A stretch of DNA of 64,000 bases from Dehalococcoidia bacterium. GTDB taxonomy: Bacteria; Chloroflexota; Dehalococcoidia; Lucifugimonadales; QGNO01. The stretch covers positions 208,023-272,022 of the forward strand of contig OY762956.1 of NCBI GenBank assembly GCA_963667055.2. Direction: 5' to 3'. A program made the translations under genes and the position numbers. The notes under the pieces were generated by a model. That model saw only the letters and a program-made list of their open reading frames with translations, did no database searches and was not told the origin of the DNA. Below, piece after piece: positions 8,758-17,551 of this stretch (positions within the stretch are counted from its first letter, which is position 1; each line of letters opens with the position of its first letter).

Positions 8758-9483
8758 ATGGACGGGAACGGTCGATCTGCTGCGAGTTCGTACGGGGTAG
8801 TCATCCTCATCAGAAGCGCCATGGTGCGGGAAGCCATAACCGGCTTCGTGGATGAGATGCCCGACTTCTCCGCACTGGGTGAGTCCGATAACCTGGACGA
8901 AGGTTACGAGCTGGTCAAGCTGCTTCAACCGGACCTTGTCGTGGTGGGCGCAAACCCGGACGACTTCAACCCGGCAACCCTGGCCAGGCGGTTCGCCGGC
9001 GACTCAAAGATCTCTTCCAAAATCGTGGTGTTGACCACCAGGGCGCGCCATGACCCCGTGCTGGTCAACGAATGCTTGCAAGCCGGCGTGCTCGGCTATC
9101 TCTCGCTGGATATTGAAAAAGCGGCCTTTGAATGCGCCATGCGGGCCGCCGCGCAAGGAATAACCGTTCTGGGGGCAGAGGCCAGAGCAAGCGTCGATTT
9201 CAGCATGTCCCAGGTCTCCGGCGCTCCGGGAAGCAGCCGCATCTTCGATTCCCTCTCGCCAAGAGAGCACGAAGTGCTGCGCCTGATGCTCCTGGGGCTG
9301 ACCAACACGGAAGTGGCCTCCCAGTTGCACGTCAGCCTGAGAACTGTCCAGCTTCACGTCACACACATCCTGGTAAAGATGAACGTCCGATCCAGGACGG
9401 AGGCGATCATCGAAGCGTTGAAGGCCGGCGGTACGCTCAACGACGCGGAGACGGTCGGGCTGCCTTCCCAAAACTCCGGGTAG
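8758..9483 (+). CDS. LuxR/NarL-family transcriptional regulator with degenerate (pseudo-)receiver domain
   Basis: C-terminal LuxR HTH ('LSPREHEVLRLMLLGLTNTEVASQLHVSLRTVQLHVTHIL'). The N-terminal REC-like fold has non-acidic residues at the acidic-pair and phosphoacceptor positions ('ILIRSAM', 'DLVVVGANPD'). GGAGGGG RBS. Confidence 0.8.
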   Translation: MDGNGRSAASSYGVVILIRSAMVREAITGFVDEMPDFSALGESDNLDEGYELVKLLQPDLVVVGANPDDFNPATLARRFAGDSKISSKIVVLTTRARHDPVLVNECLQAGVLGYLSLDIEKAAFECAMRAAAQGITVLGAEARASVDFSMSQVSGAPGSSRIFDSLSPREHEVLRLMLLGLTNTEVASQLHVSLRTVQLHVTHILVKMNVRSRTEAIIEALKAGGTLNDAETVGLPSQNSG

Positions 9484-9549
9484 CGATTACACACTGGCAA
9501 ACGCCTTGTGTGCTCAACGCTCGACAAATCGCACTTTCCAATCGAACCC

Positions 9550-9577
9550 TTGACTAGTTCCCATAAAAGGATATATT
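9550..9577 (+). promoter_or_regulatory. sigma70-like promoter for the crotonase gene
   Basis: TTGACT (9550-9555), a 16-nt spacer and TATATT (9572-9577). It sits about 27 nt upstream of a GGAGGTG RBS and the ATG at 9605. Confidence 0.45.
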
Positions 9578-9604
9578 CAGGGCAAGGATTGCGGAGGTGA
9601 AACT

Positions 9605-10456
9605 ATGCCAAAGAAGACGATTTACGAAAAGAAGGGGAACGTTGCCTATCTGACCGTCAACAACCCGACAAAGGCCAACGTGATGGACTCCCAGGTCATG
9701 GAGGAGATGGGAGAGGCCTACCGGGACTTCTGGCAGGACAGAGAGATGAGGGTGATGATCCTGACCGGCATCGGCGACAGGCATTTCTCCGCCGGCCATC
9801 ACATCCAGCCCCCACCCCCCGGAATGTCCTACGACGACGTGCGAAATCAACAGGCTGAGAACTTCTTCTGGCCGAGAGCCGGGACGGTGAACGGACGCGA
9901 CATTGTGGTCTTTGGGGGAGGCGTTGACTTCCCTCGCGTGTGGAAGCCCGTGATAGCGGCGGTCAACGGATGGGCCGCGGGCGCCGGGCTTTACATGCTG
10001 CTCAACACCGTTGACATCCGTATAGCCTGCGAGGAGCACGCCCGCTTCTACTTTGCGTTGCTTTCCAACCGTGGTGGGATTGGCAGCGGGCCATCCGCAA
10101 CGCACCTCATACGCCAGCTCAACTATGCTCACGCCATGAAGATGCTTCTGACCGACGAGCCGATAGACGCCAAGGAAGCAGAGAGAATTGGCCTCATCTA
10201 TGAGACTGTGCCCCACGACCAGCTGATGGCTCGCTGCGAAGAGCTTGCCGAGAGGATATGTCAGATGCCCCCGGTAGCGGTGCGAATGCTCAAAGAGTTC
10301 GCGGTGAAGAGCAGAGAACTGCCTGAGCAAGCGGCCTGGGACATGCAGTACACCCTGAACTTCATGGTAGGCCAGTTGAGCAGGGACAGCGACGACGCCA
10401 CACCGGCCTTCTTGGAAAAGCGGCAGCGGAAGGTTACGGGGCAGATGCGTTCCTAG
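9605..10456 (+). CDS. enoyl-CoA hydratase/isomerase (crotonase) family protein
   Basis: 283-aa ORF with crotonase-fold patterns ('VAYLTVNNPTKANVMD', 'KPVIAAVNGWAAGAGLYMLL'). Confidence 0.9.
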   Translation: MPKKTIYEKKGNVAYLTVNNPTKANVMDSQVMEEMGEAYRDFWQDREMRVMILTGIGDRHFSAGHHIQPPPPGMSYDDVRNQQAENFFWPRAGTVNGRDIVVFGGGVDFPRVWKPVIAAVNGWAAGAGLYMLLNTVDIRIACEEHARFYFALLSNRGGIGSGPSATHLIRQLNYAHAMKMLLTDEPIDAKEAERIGLIYETVPHDQLMARCEELAERICQMPPVAVRMLKEFAVKSRELPEQAAWDMQYTLNFMVGQLSRDSDDATPAFLEKRQRKVTGQMRS

Positions 10457-10458
10457 CG

Positions 10459-10488
10459 GTAGGGAGCGGGTTTGAAACCCGCCCCTAC
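10459..10488. terminator. bidirectional hairpin (REP-like 'gtaggg-gcgggttt/aaacccgc-ccctac') between convergent genes
   Basis: The imperfect palindrome gtagggagcgggtttgaaacccgcccctac lies between the crotonase stop (10456) and the CoA-transferase stop (10504). Confidence 0.5.
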
Positions 10489-10503
10489 AGATAAAACCAC
10501 CGC

Positions 10504-11730
10504 TCAGATTGCTCCCACCTGTCTAAGCGCGACAAGCTCGTCCTGGCTGCGGCCCAGCTCTCCGCGGAAGACGGCGCTGTTGTGCTGGCCGAGCAGCGGC
10601 GCGGGAAATCGCAGGTTCCAGGGAGAGCGGGGCAGCTTGACCACTTCTCCGGGGAACTTGACGCGGCCAATGACGGGGTGCTCCACCTCCGTGAAGTACC
10701 GCCGTTCCTCAAGCTGCGGGCACTCGGCCAGGTCTTGGGGCGTCTGCGCCGCCGCCGCCAGCCATTCGTTGGTCATCAACCTGTGATAGTACTCCAGCTT
10801 GGGCATCTCCCTTATAACCGGCAGCAGTATCTCGTCGATCTCCTCCGTGCTGGACGCTTCCGCCAGGGCATCGCCGATTTCGGGATGCCCCAGCAAGGCG
10901 GCGTACTCATGCCAGGGTTGAGGCCCGGCGCGAGAATAGAGCCTCTGCGGAGGGCTGATGGAGGCCCTGACGTACCCGTCCTTTGCCGGAACCATGCCCA
11001 GGAAGCCTGTGCCCTTCTCCTGGCCGGTATCGCTCTTGGGAGCGCGCCGCGTCACCGCTCCCGAAAATGCGTACCGGGCCGCTGGTTGGTAATGGTCGGC
11101 GGCCATGACCTCCGACAGCGACAGATCGACGTGCTGTCCCTGGCCCAGCGTCCTCCTGGCAAAGAGCGCAGCCGACGTAGCGTAAGCGGCCACTATGCCT
11201 CCCAGGTAGAGGCTCTGCGGCTGCCCGTGCTTGAGCGGTTCCCGGTGGTACGCGCCGCTGGTGTACATCATGCCGCCCATGGCGTAGTAGACAAGGTCGT
11301 TGCCCTTGTAGTCCCTGTAAGGCCCCGTTTGGCCGAACGGCGTGATGGAGGTCATCACCAGCTTTGGGTTAATCCCCTCCAAGCGCGGATAGCCCAACTC
11401 CAAGCTATCCAGAAATCCCGGGGAGTAGTCTTCCATCAAGACGTCCGCCGTTTCCACCAAATCAATGAAGAGCTTCCTGCCCGCAGCGGTTTCGACGTCC
11501 AGGGTCACGCCACGCTTGTTGCAATTGAGGTAGAGGAAGAGCAGGCTCTTTTCCGGGTGCGGGTCGTCCCCGGCGAAGGGGCCCATCCGCCTCGAAGGGT
11601 CGCCGTGAGGCGGTTCGACCTTGATGACGTCCGCTCCATAGTCGGCGAGGAGCTTAGTGGCGAACGGCCCCGCAATGCCGCGGGTCATGTCCACGACACG
11701 GAACTTCCCGAACACGCCGCCGGCCATCAC
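10504..11730 (-). CDS. family III CoA-transferase (CaiB/BaiF-like)
   Basis: 408-aa ORF with the N-terminus 'FRVVDMTRGIAGPFATKLLADYGADVIKVEPP', diagnostic of CaiB/BaiF-type CoA-transferases. Its ATG overlaps the stop of the upstream gene (ATGA). Confidence 0.9.
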   Translation of the reverse strand: MMAGGVFGKFRVVDMTRGIAGPFATKLLADYGADVIKVEPPHGDPSRRMGPFAGDDPHPEKSLLFLYLNCNKRGVTLDVETAAGRKLFIDLVETADVLMEDYSPGFLDSLELGYPRLEGINPKLVMTSITPFGQTGPYRDYKGNDLVYYAMGGMMYTSGAYHREPLKHGQPQSLYLGGIVAAYATSAALFARRTLGQGQHVDLSLSEVMAADHYQPAARYAFSGAVTRRAPKSDTGQEKGTGFLGMVPAKDGYVRASISPPQRLYSRAGPQPWHEYAALLGHPEIGDALAEASSTEEIDEILLPVIREMPKLEYYHRLMTNEWLAAAAQTPQDLAECPQLEERRYFTEVEHPVIGRVKFPGEVVKLPRSPWNLRFPAPLLGQHNSAVFRGELGRSQDELVALRQVGAI

Positions 11731-13064
11731 TCCACCCCCAAGCGCTTCTGGTAGTCCGCGTCCACGTAGGCAAGGGTGCCGTCCTCCAGGCTGGGAGCGG
11801 GGTTGGCCGCGCCGGGTCTGGGCCGAGCGGGAGCCGCCTGTGTCTGCTGAGGCGGGGGTGGCGGCCCAGGGGCCTGCCTGGCCAGCGCTCCGGCTTCATA
11901 CAGCTTGTCTATCTCTTGCGTGGTGCGATTCAGTACCTCTTTCATCACGTACTCGTTGTCCTGTCCCAGCGTGGGCGCCGGCCCGCGGAACCGCGACGGC
12001 GTCTTGGAGACCTTCCAGGGCCTGCCGATGAGGAGCCTATCGCGGAGGCCGGACTCCGGCGAGTGGGTCAGCTTTTCGTAGAAGCCCCTGGCCCGCATGT
12101 GAGGGTCGGTCATAAGTTCGGCGGTGTTGGGAACCACCGAGGCTATGACACCGTTGGCTTGGAGCAGGTTCATCAGCTCGTAGAAGTCCCAACCCTTCGT
12201 CCACTCAGCGACGTGGCCGTCTATCTCGTCCTGGTTGTGGTGGCGCGACAGAGCGTCTTCAAACTTGGGATTGTCAGCCCATTCCGGGTTGCCCATGACC
12301 TTGAGCATGGCGCGCCACTCCCCGTCGTTCTCTACGGCTATGGCTATCCACTTGTCGTCGCCGCGGCAGGGGTAGACGCCGTGCGGAGCGTGGGTCGGAT
12401 GACGGTTCCCCATCTGCTTCCCTGTATTGCCGTTTACAATGAAATCAAGCAGCTCCCCTCCCAGGGTGGAAACGCCGACCTGGTACATGGAGAAGTCTAT
12501 GTGCTGCCCTTCCCCGCTCTCCTCGCGCCAGTGAAGCGCCGCCAGTACGGAGAAGACCGCCATCCAGGCTACGTGTATGTCGATCCAGGCGTTGCCGACC
12601 TGCCTGGGCCCCTCATCCAGGTAGCCCGTGAAGTGACTGACCCCGGTGATCAACTCCAGGAACGTGCCTATGCCGGCGTATCGCTTCCAGGGGCCGGTCT
12701 GCCCGAATCCGGTGTTGGAAAGAAGGATGATGTCCGGCTTTACCTTGATCAGCTCGCCGTAGCCCACGCCCAGGCGGTCCAGGGTTCCGGCGCGGTTGTT
12801 CTCCACCAGCACGTCGCTCTTGCCGACAAGGTCTTTGTAAAGCTGGACGCCGCCGGGAGCTTTCAGGTTGATGGTCATGCTCTTCTTGCTGTGTTGAAGG
12901 TACTGAAAGCTCTCATCCCGCCGACCGGCCTCCTCCCTGGTGGGGGCCTCTATCTTGATCACCTCGGCTCCCATGTCGGCCAGGATGTGCATGGCCGTGG
13001 GCATTGCCACGGCTGTGGTCGAGTCCAGCACGCGTATTCCGCTGAGCATCCCGTCCATCTTCAT
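11727..13064 (-). CDS. family III CoA-transferase (CaiB/BaiF-like) with Pro-rich C-terminal tail
   Basis: 445-aa ORF with 'IRVLDSTTAVAMPTAMHILADMGAEVIKIE'. The C-terminal ~60 aa are low-complexity ('QAPGPPPPPQQTQAAPARPRPGAANPAP'). Confidence 0.9.
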   Translation of the reverse strand: MKMDGMLSGIRVLDSTTAVAMPTAMHILADMGAEVIKIEAPTREEAGRRDESFQYLQHSKKSMTINLKAPGGVQLYKDLVGKSDVLVENNRAGTLDRLGVGYGELIKVKPDIILLSNTGFGQTGPWKRYAGIGTFLELITGVSHFTGYLDEGPRQVGNAWIDIHVAWMAVFSVLAALHWREESGEGQHIDFSMYQVGVSTLGGELLDFIVNGNTGKQMGNRHPTHAPHGVYPCRGDDKWIAIAVENDGEWRAMLKVMGNPEWADNPKFEDALSRHHNQDEIDGHVAEWTKGWDFYELMNLLQANGVIASVVPNTAELMTDPHMRARGFYEKLTHSPESGLRDRLLIGRPWKVSKTPSRFRGPAPTLGQDNEYVMKEVLNRTTQEIDKLYEAGALARQAPGPPPPPQQTQAAPARPRPGAANPAPSLEDGTLAYVDADYQKRLGVE

Positions 13065-13100
13065 AGGGAAGTATCCTTTCGGTGTCGTCCGGTATTCGGC

Positions 13101-14456
13101 CTAGTACCAGTCCCTGTAGAAGGTCTCGTAAGACACGTAGGGAGGATTGCCCCTGTGCGGCACGGGCAACTGAACCGGGCCGCCCTCGCGCGACGGCAGG
13201 TAGACGGCGATAGTGCCCTGCATCTGGGTCTCTCCCACCTGGTTCTTGCCTTCCAGTTTCAGGCCCACCGCGTGGTATTCCGCCATGCCCGGTTGCCCTC
13301 CGGACTCGCCGTCGCCTTCCTGGGACTCCTTGAACTTCTTCATCACCTCGGCGGTGTAGAAGGTGGTGTCGCCATAGTAGACGGGCTTGCGCAGGGCGCA
13401 CTGGTACCTCCTGATGAAGCCGTCGTCTCCCATCCAGTCGCTTATGAGCCTGTGAGGAAGCTGCGACCTGTGCTGGCCGCCGTCGAACGGCCCCGGCTGG
13501 CCTCTGTATGCCGCCATTAGAGCGTCCTGATGCTCGTCTCCGGGTCCGTGGGGCCAGCGGGTTACGGGATGGGCAAAGCCCTTGCCGTAACCGCCCATCC
13601 CTTCAATGTTGTGGTAGTACACCGGCTCGAAGGCCAGTTCGTCTCCTGAAGTGCCGTACCTTCCCGTGGCGGCGGCGTTGACCACTCGTTGCACCGTCTG
13701 GTCGAGCAGGGTGAACGGGGGCACTACAAGAGGCCCAAGCGTATCCCCGACCTGCACGTCCTCCCAGTACAGGGTCTTGGAACCCCTGCGGGCGCTTGCT
13801 TCCATAAGCGACGCGTATTCGTCCATCTGCTCCCGGCTGTAGTTGGAAGTGGAACGTTCGTACATGAGCTGCTCGCCCAAGCGCTCCACGTTCATAGTCC
13901 GCGATCCGCCCATGCTCTCGATGGGCACCAGAATCAGGGTGCCGTAGCACTTGCCGACCAGGTCGGCGTGAGCGTTCCAGTACTTGATCTCCTCGATGAG
14001 GAAGAGCAGCTGCCCGCGAGAGCCGGACTTTTCGAAGAACTCGCTGGTCTTCTTGGTGTTCTTGAACCGCGCGTCGCCAACCCTCAGCACGTCGAAGAAC
14101 TCCCAGGCCAGCCCTGAGAAGAAGTCCCCCACGGGATACCCTTCGGGGCGCGTCGGCCCCTGGCCGCCGGGGCTTCGCACAAGGATGAGCGCCGTGTTCG
14201 GGGCAAGCATCGCGCCGTACCTGGTGCGCCTTCCGTAATCGGGGTCGGTGTAGAGCGGGTTGGTGTTCCCTATGCTGATGGCGTAGTTGCGGATTGTACG
14301 CTCATCCAGCCTTATTGCGGCCTCGTACGGCGGCTCGCCGATGGGATACGGAGTCCCCGGCCCCGGCGGATGCCCTTCCTCCCGCTCCTTGCCCACCGAC
14401 TCATAGCAGCGCTCTATGTATTCGGCTATGGCCTCTTCAAACGTCTGCGTCGTCAT
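13101..14456 (-). CDS. double-hotdog MaoC/FAS1-like (R)-hydratase family protein, paralog 1 (~451 aa)
   Basis: N-terminal MaoC_N-like motif ('GNTNPLYTDPDYGRRTRYGAMLAPNT') and a C-terminal hotdog-like segment ('GDTTFYTAEVMKKF...GKNQVGETQMQGTIAVYLPSR'). It shares its termini with 14478..15830 and 21590..22927. Confidence 0.7.
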   Translation of the reverse strand: MTTQTFEEAIAEYIERCYESVGKEREEGHPPGPGTPYPIGEPPYEAAIRLDERTIRNYAISIGNTNPLYTDPDYGRRTRYGAMLAPNTALILVRSPGGQGPTRPEGYPVGDFFSGLAWEFFDVLRVGDARFKNTKKTSEFFEKSGSRGQLLFLIEEIKYWNAHADLVGKCYGTLILVPIESMGGSRTMNVERLGEQLMYERSTSNYSREQMDEYASLMEASARRGSKTLYWEDVQVGDTLGPLVVPPFTLLDQTVQRVVNAAATGRYGTSGDELAFEPVYYHNIEGMGGYGKGFAHPVTRWPHGPGDEHQDALMAAYRGQPGPFDGGQHRSQLPHRLISDWMGDDGFIRRYQCALRKPVYYGDTTFYTAEVMKKFKESQEGDGESGGQPGMAEYHAVGLKLEGKNQVGETQMQGTIAVYLPSREGGPVQLPVPHRGNPPYVSYETFYRDWY

Positions 14457-14477
14457 GATTCTCCTCCCTGTTGACGG

Positions 14478-15830
14478 CTAGAACCAGTCTCTATAGAACG
14501 TCTCGTAAGGCACGTAGGGCGGCTGCGCCAGGTGCGGCACAGGCAGTTGGACGTGGCCGCTCTTGCGGGATGGCAGGTAGACCACTGCGGTGCCCTGGGC
14601 CTGCAACTCTCCCGTCTGATTGACACCCTCCATCCTTATCCCCACTGCATTGTACTCTACGTCTCCGGGCGCGGCGCCCGGCGCTTTTTCTCCGGTCTGC
14701 CGCTCGGTGAACTTCCTGGCTACCCGGCCGCGGTAGATGGTCACGTCGCCATAGTAGACGGGACGGCGGATGGCGGTCTGATAGCGCCTGACGAAACCGT
14801 CGTCTCCCATCCAGTTGGTGAGCAGTTGCTGCGGTATCTGGAAGCGCTGCACTCCGTGGTCGAACGGGCCGGACTGGCCCCGGTAGGCGGCGAGCAGGGC
14901 GTCCTCGTGCTCGGAATTGGGCGTCCAGGGCCACATGGAAACTGGATGGGTTCGAGCCCCGCCTCTGTGCGATTGCAGGCCGTGGTACACCCGCTCGAAC
15001 GCCAGCTCATCGTCGAGCGCGTTGGGATTGCGGCCCGTCAGTGAGCGGGCCAGGTTATTGGCTATCTGGTCTTGCAAAGTCCAAGGCGGCAGCGCCAGTG
15101 GGTCAAGCTCCTGGTCGACCTCCACGTCTTCCCAGTACAAGGTCTCCGCTCCGCGACGCTTGGGCTTACCGATCAGCTCCATGTATCCCGCGATTTCATC
15201 GGGATCGTATCGCTGTGTGCCGCGGTCGTACATCATCTGCTCGCCCAGCCGGTCCACGGACATAGCCCTGGAGCTGCCCATGCTCTCGGTGGGCACCATG
15301 ATCAAAGTCCCGTAGGCCTTGGCGGGCAGATCGCCGTGGGCGTTCCGGTAGAATAGCTCGCAGATGAGGAAGATAAGCCCACCCCGCGACCCCTGTTTTT
15401 GGAACACCTCGCGATCCGTCTTGGAAGACCGGATTGGTCCGGTGCCCATACGGATAACGTCGTAGAACTCCCACGCCGTGCCCGCCACAAAGTCGGCTAC
15501 AGGGTATCCTTGTGGGCGCATCGGCCCCTGGCCGCCGCCGGCCCGCACCACGACCATGATGGGGCCAGGCGCGATCTGAGAGCCGTAGCGAGTCCGCTTG
15601 CCGTATTCAGGATCGGTGTAGAGGGGGTTGTCGTCGCCTATGCTGAGCGCGTAGTTGCGTATGGTGCGCGCGTCGAGCCGCAGCGGGGATTCGTACGGCG
15701 GGCCGGACTGGTCGTACGGGGACGGCAGACCAGGGGGCAGTCCTTCCATACGCTCTTTGCCTATCTGCTCCTGGCATCGCTGCAGGTACTCGGCAATAGC
15801 CTCTTCAAATGTCTGTTGTCTGGTCATCAA
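14478..15830 (-). CDS. double-hotdog MaoC/FAS1-like hydratase family protein, paralog 2 (~450 aa)
   Basis: Collinear with 13101..14456. It shares the N-terminus 'QTFEEAIAEY', the core 'GDDNPLYTDPEYGKRTRYGSQIAPGP' and the C-terminus 'YETFYRDWF'. Confidence 0.7.
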   Translation of the reverse strand: MMTRQQTFEEAIAEYLQRCQEQIGKERMEGLPPGLPSPYDQSGPPYESPLRLDARTIRNYALSIGDDNPLYTDPEYGKRTRYGSQIAPGPIMVVVRAGGGQGPMRPQGYPVADFVAGTAWEFYDVIRMGTGPIRSSKTDREVFQKQGSRGGLIFLICELFYRNAHGDLPAKAYGTLIMVPTESMGSSRAMSVDRLGEQMMYDRGTQRYDPDEIAGYMELIGKPKRRGAETLYWEDVEVDQELDPLALPPWTLQDQIANNLARSLTGRNPNALDDELAFERVYHGLQSHRGGARTHPVSMWPWTPNSEHEDALLAAYRGQSGPFDHGVQRFQIPQQLLTNWMGDDGFVRRYQTAIRRPVYYGDVTIYRGRVARKFTERQTGEKAPGAAPGDVEYNAVGIRMEGVNQTGELQAQGTAVVYLPSRKSGHVQLPVPHLAQPPYVPYETFYRDWF

Positions 15831-15853
15831 ACCCCTCCACCAATCTACACTAC

Positions 15854-17014
15854 TTAGCGGTAAGCTTCGAACCCTCTACCCAGAAGCGCTGAGGCTATCT
15901 TCAGCTTCATGATCTCATCGGTGCCTTCATAGATGCGGCAGACCCTGGTATCGACAAGGTGCCTGCCCGGCCTGTAGAGGAACGACCATCCCCTGCCGCC
16001 AAATATCTGCACGCCCCTATCGGCGGCGTCCCAGGCGGCGTTGGTGGCGTGGAACTTGGCCTCGGCTACTGCGGCGTCGGCGGCGTCAAACGATTCGTCG
16101 CCGCCTTCGGCCTCGAACCTGTCAACCAGACGGGCGGCCCTCTCGACCATGAGCCTGGACGATTCCAAGTTCGTCTTCATTATCGCGATGTGCTCCTGGA
16201 CAAGCTGATGCCTGGCTATCGCCTTCCTGTGCTGCACCCTCTCCTTGGCGAAGCTCACCGACTCCGTCAGGCAGTCGGATATGGTTCCGACGCTGCCCGC
16301 GGCAACGCTCAGGCGACCGTTCAACAGCGAATACTTGGCTATGTTCCAACCGTCGCCCATCTTACCGAGGAGGTTCTCCCTGGGCGCTCGATAGTCGGTC
16401 AACTCGAACATGCCGGTGTTGGCGGTCGGCATACCCATCTTCGCGGCCATGTCCTCCCTTTCAATGCCCTCTTCCCGCGTATCGACAAGGAAAGCGCTTA
16501 TCCACCCATCCTCTCCCCTGGCGAACGTTACTATGACATCGGCAATGCCCGCGTTGGAGATGAGGTACTTGACCCCGTTCAGGAGATAGTGGTCGCCCTT
16601 GTCCTCCCAGCTCATGGACATGGAAAGCGGATCGCTCCCCGCGTCAGGCTCGGTGAGGGCAAACGCCAGTATGATATCCCCTCCGGTTGAGGGAACAAGG
16701 TACTTCTGCTTCTGCAAATCCGTTCCGAAGCGCTGTATGGTCTTCTGTCCCAGGGAGGAATGTCCGGAGAAGAACGTGCGAATGCCCGTGCCCTCCGCGG
16801 CGACCTTCTGCATGGCCTCCGCGTACGACAGGCTGCTCAAACCCCTGCCGCCGTACTCCTCTTTGACGGGCATGCCCAGAATGTTCGATTCCCCTGCCAG
16901 GGGTACCAGTTGGTCGTTGTACCTGTGTTCAAGGTAGAATATGTCTTCCAGAGGGCGAAGATTATCGCAGAAGTGTTGTACGTCTTCTAAGGCTTTCTTG
17001 TCTTCAGTGTTCAT
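15854..17014 (-). CDS. acyl-CoA dehydrogenase
   Basis: ACAD-like sequence ('ILAFALTEPDAGSDPLSM', 'RVCRIYEGTDEIMKLKIA'). The preferred start is the ATG at 17014 ('MNTEDKKALEDV'), because the longer ORF to 17269 adds a non-homologous extension. Confidence 0.9.
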   Translation of the reverse strand: MNTEDKKALEDVQHFCDNLRPLEDIFYLEHRYNDQLVPLAGESNILGMPVKEEYGGRGLSSLSYAEAMQKVAAEGTGIRTFFSGHSSLGQKTIQRFGTDLQKQKYLVPSTGGDIILAFALTEPDAGSDPLSMSMSWEDKGDHYLLNGVKYLISNAGIADVIVTFARGEDGWISAFLVDTREEGIEREDMAAKMGMPTANTGMFELTDYRAPRENLLGKMGDGWNIAKYSLLNGRLSVAAGSVGTISDCLTESVSFAKERVQHRKAIARHQLVQEHIAIMKTNLESSRLMVERAARLVDRFEAEGGDESFDAADAAVAEAKFHATNAAWDAADRGVQIFGGRGWSFLYRPGRHLVDTRVCRIYEGTDEIMKLKIASALLGRGFEAYR

Positions 17015-17066
17015 AGGCTGCAACACAAACCGAAGTCCGGATAGTATAGGCCGACAACTACCTATT

Positions 17067-17513
17067 ATGCATGCAGAGAAAGAATATTCAATCGGCGCTC
17101 CCCTGAAGGAGGTCTGGAAACTCGCGTCCGACCCCAAGGGGATAAGCGAATGCATCCCTGGAATCAAGAGCTTCGAGGAAGAAGACTCCACGCATTTCGT
17201 CGCCAAAGTGGGCCATTCCTTCACCTTCTTGAAGGGCACGGTCACACTGAAATTTGAAGTGCTGAGCATGGAGAATCACATAGCCGGAGTGAAGATAGAC
17301 GGCAAGTCCATTGGCAGCGCCTTTCAGATTCTGACCGAAATAAGGTTGGAGGAGCGCGACGATTGGACAAGGCTGACGTGGAGCGCGGAGATGAAGTCGA
17401 GCGGGCTGCTGGCAGCCGTACCCGACACCGTTGCAAAGGGCGCGGCGGTTTCTCTGGCGGACAGAATCTTCGACTGCTTGGAAAAGCGAAGCAAGTCAGG
17501 GAAGCGCTGCTAA
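17067..17513 (+). CDS. SRPBCC-superfamily protein (CoxG-like)
   Basis: ~148 aa from the ATG at 17067 ('MHAEKEYSIGAPLKEVWKLASDPKGISECIPGIKSFEE'), resembling the CoxG/SRPBCC ligand-binding fold. Confidence 0.65.
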   Translation: MHAEKEYSIGAPLKEVWKLASDPKGISECIPGIKSFEEEDSTHFVAKVGHSFTFLKGTVTLKFEVLSMENHIAGVKIDGKSIGSAFQILTEIRLEERDDWTRLTWSAEMKSSGLLAAVPDTVAKGAAVSLADRIFDCLEKRSKSGKRC

Positions 17514-17551
17514 GCTCGCGGAGTGGCAGAGCATCCAGGGAGGAAGCAGAA

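Noticed and set aside
15854-17269. Longer N-terminal versions of several ORFs: ACAD to 17269, katG to 41099, threonine dehydratase to 50790, SDR from 17363, sigma factor from 48106, SBP to 8593
   Set aside because: In each case an internal ATG with a good GGAGG-type RBS coincides with the start of the homologous domain. The extensions are non-homologous and overlap neighbouring promoters or genes.
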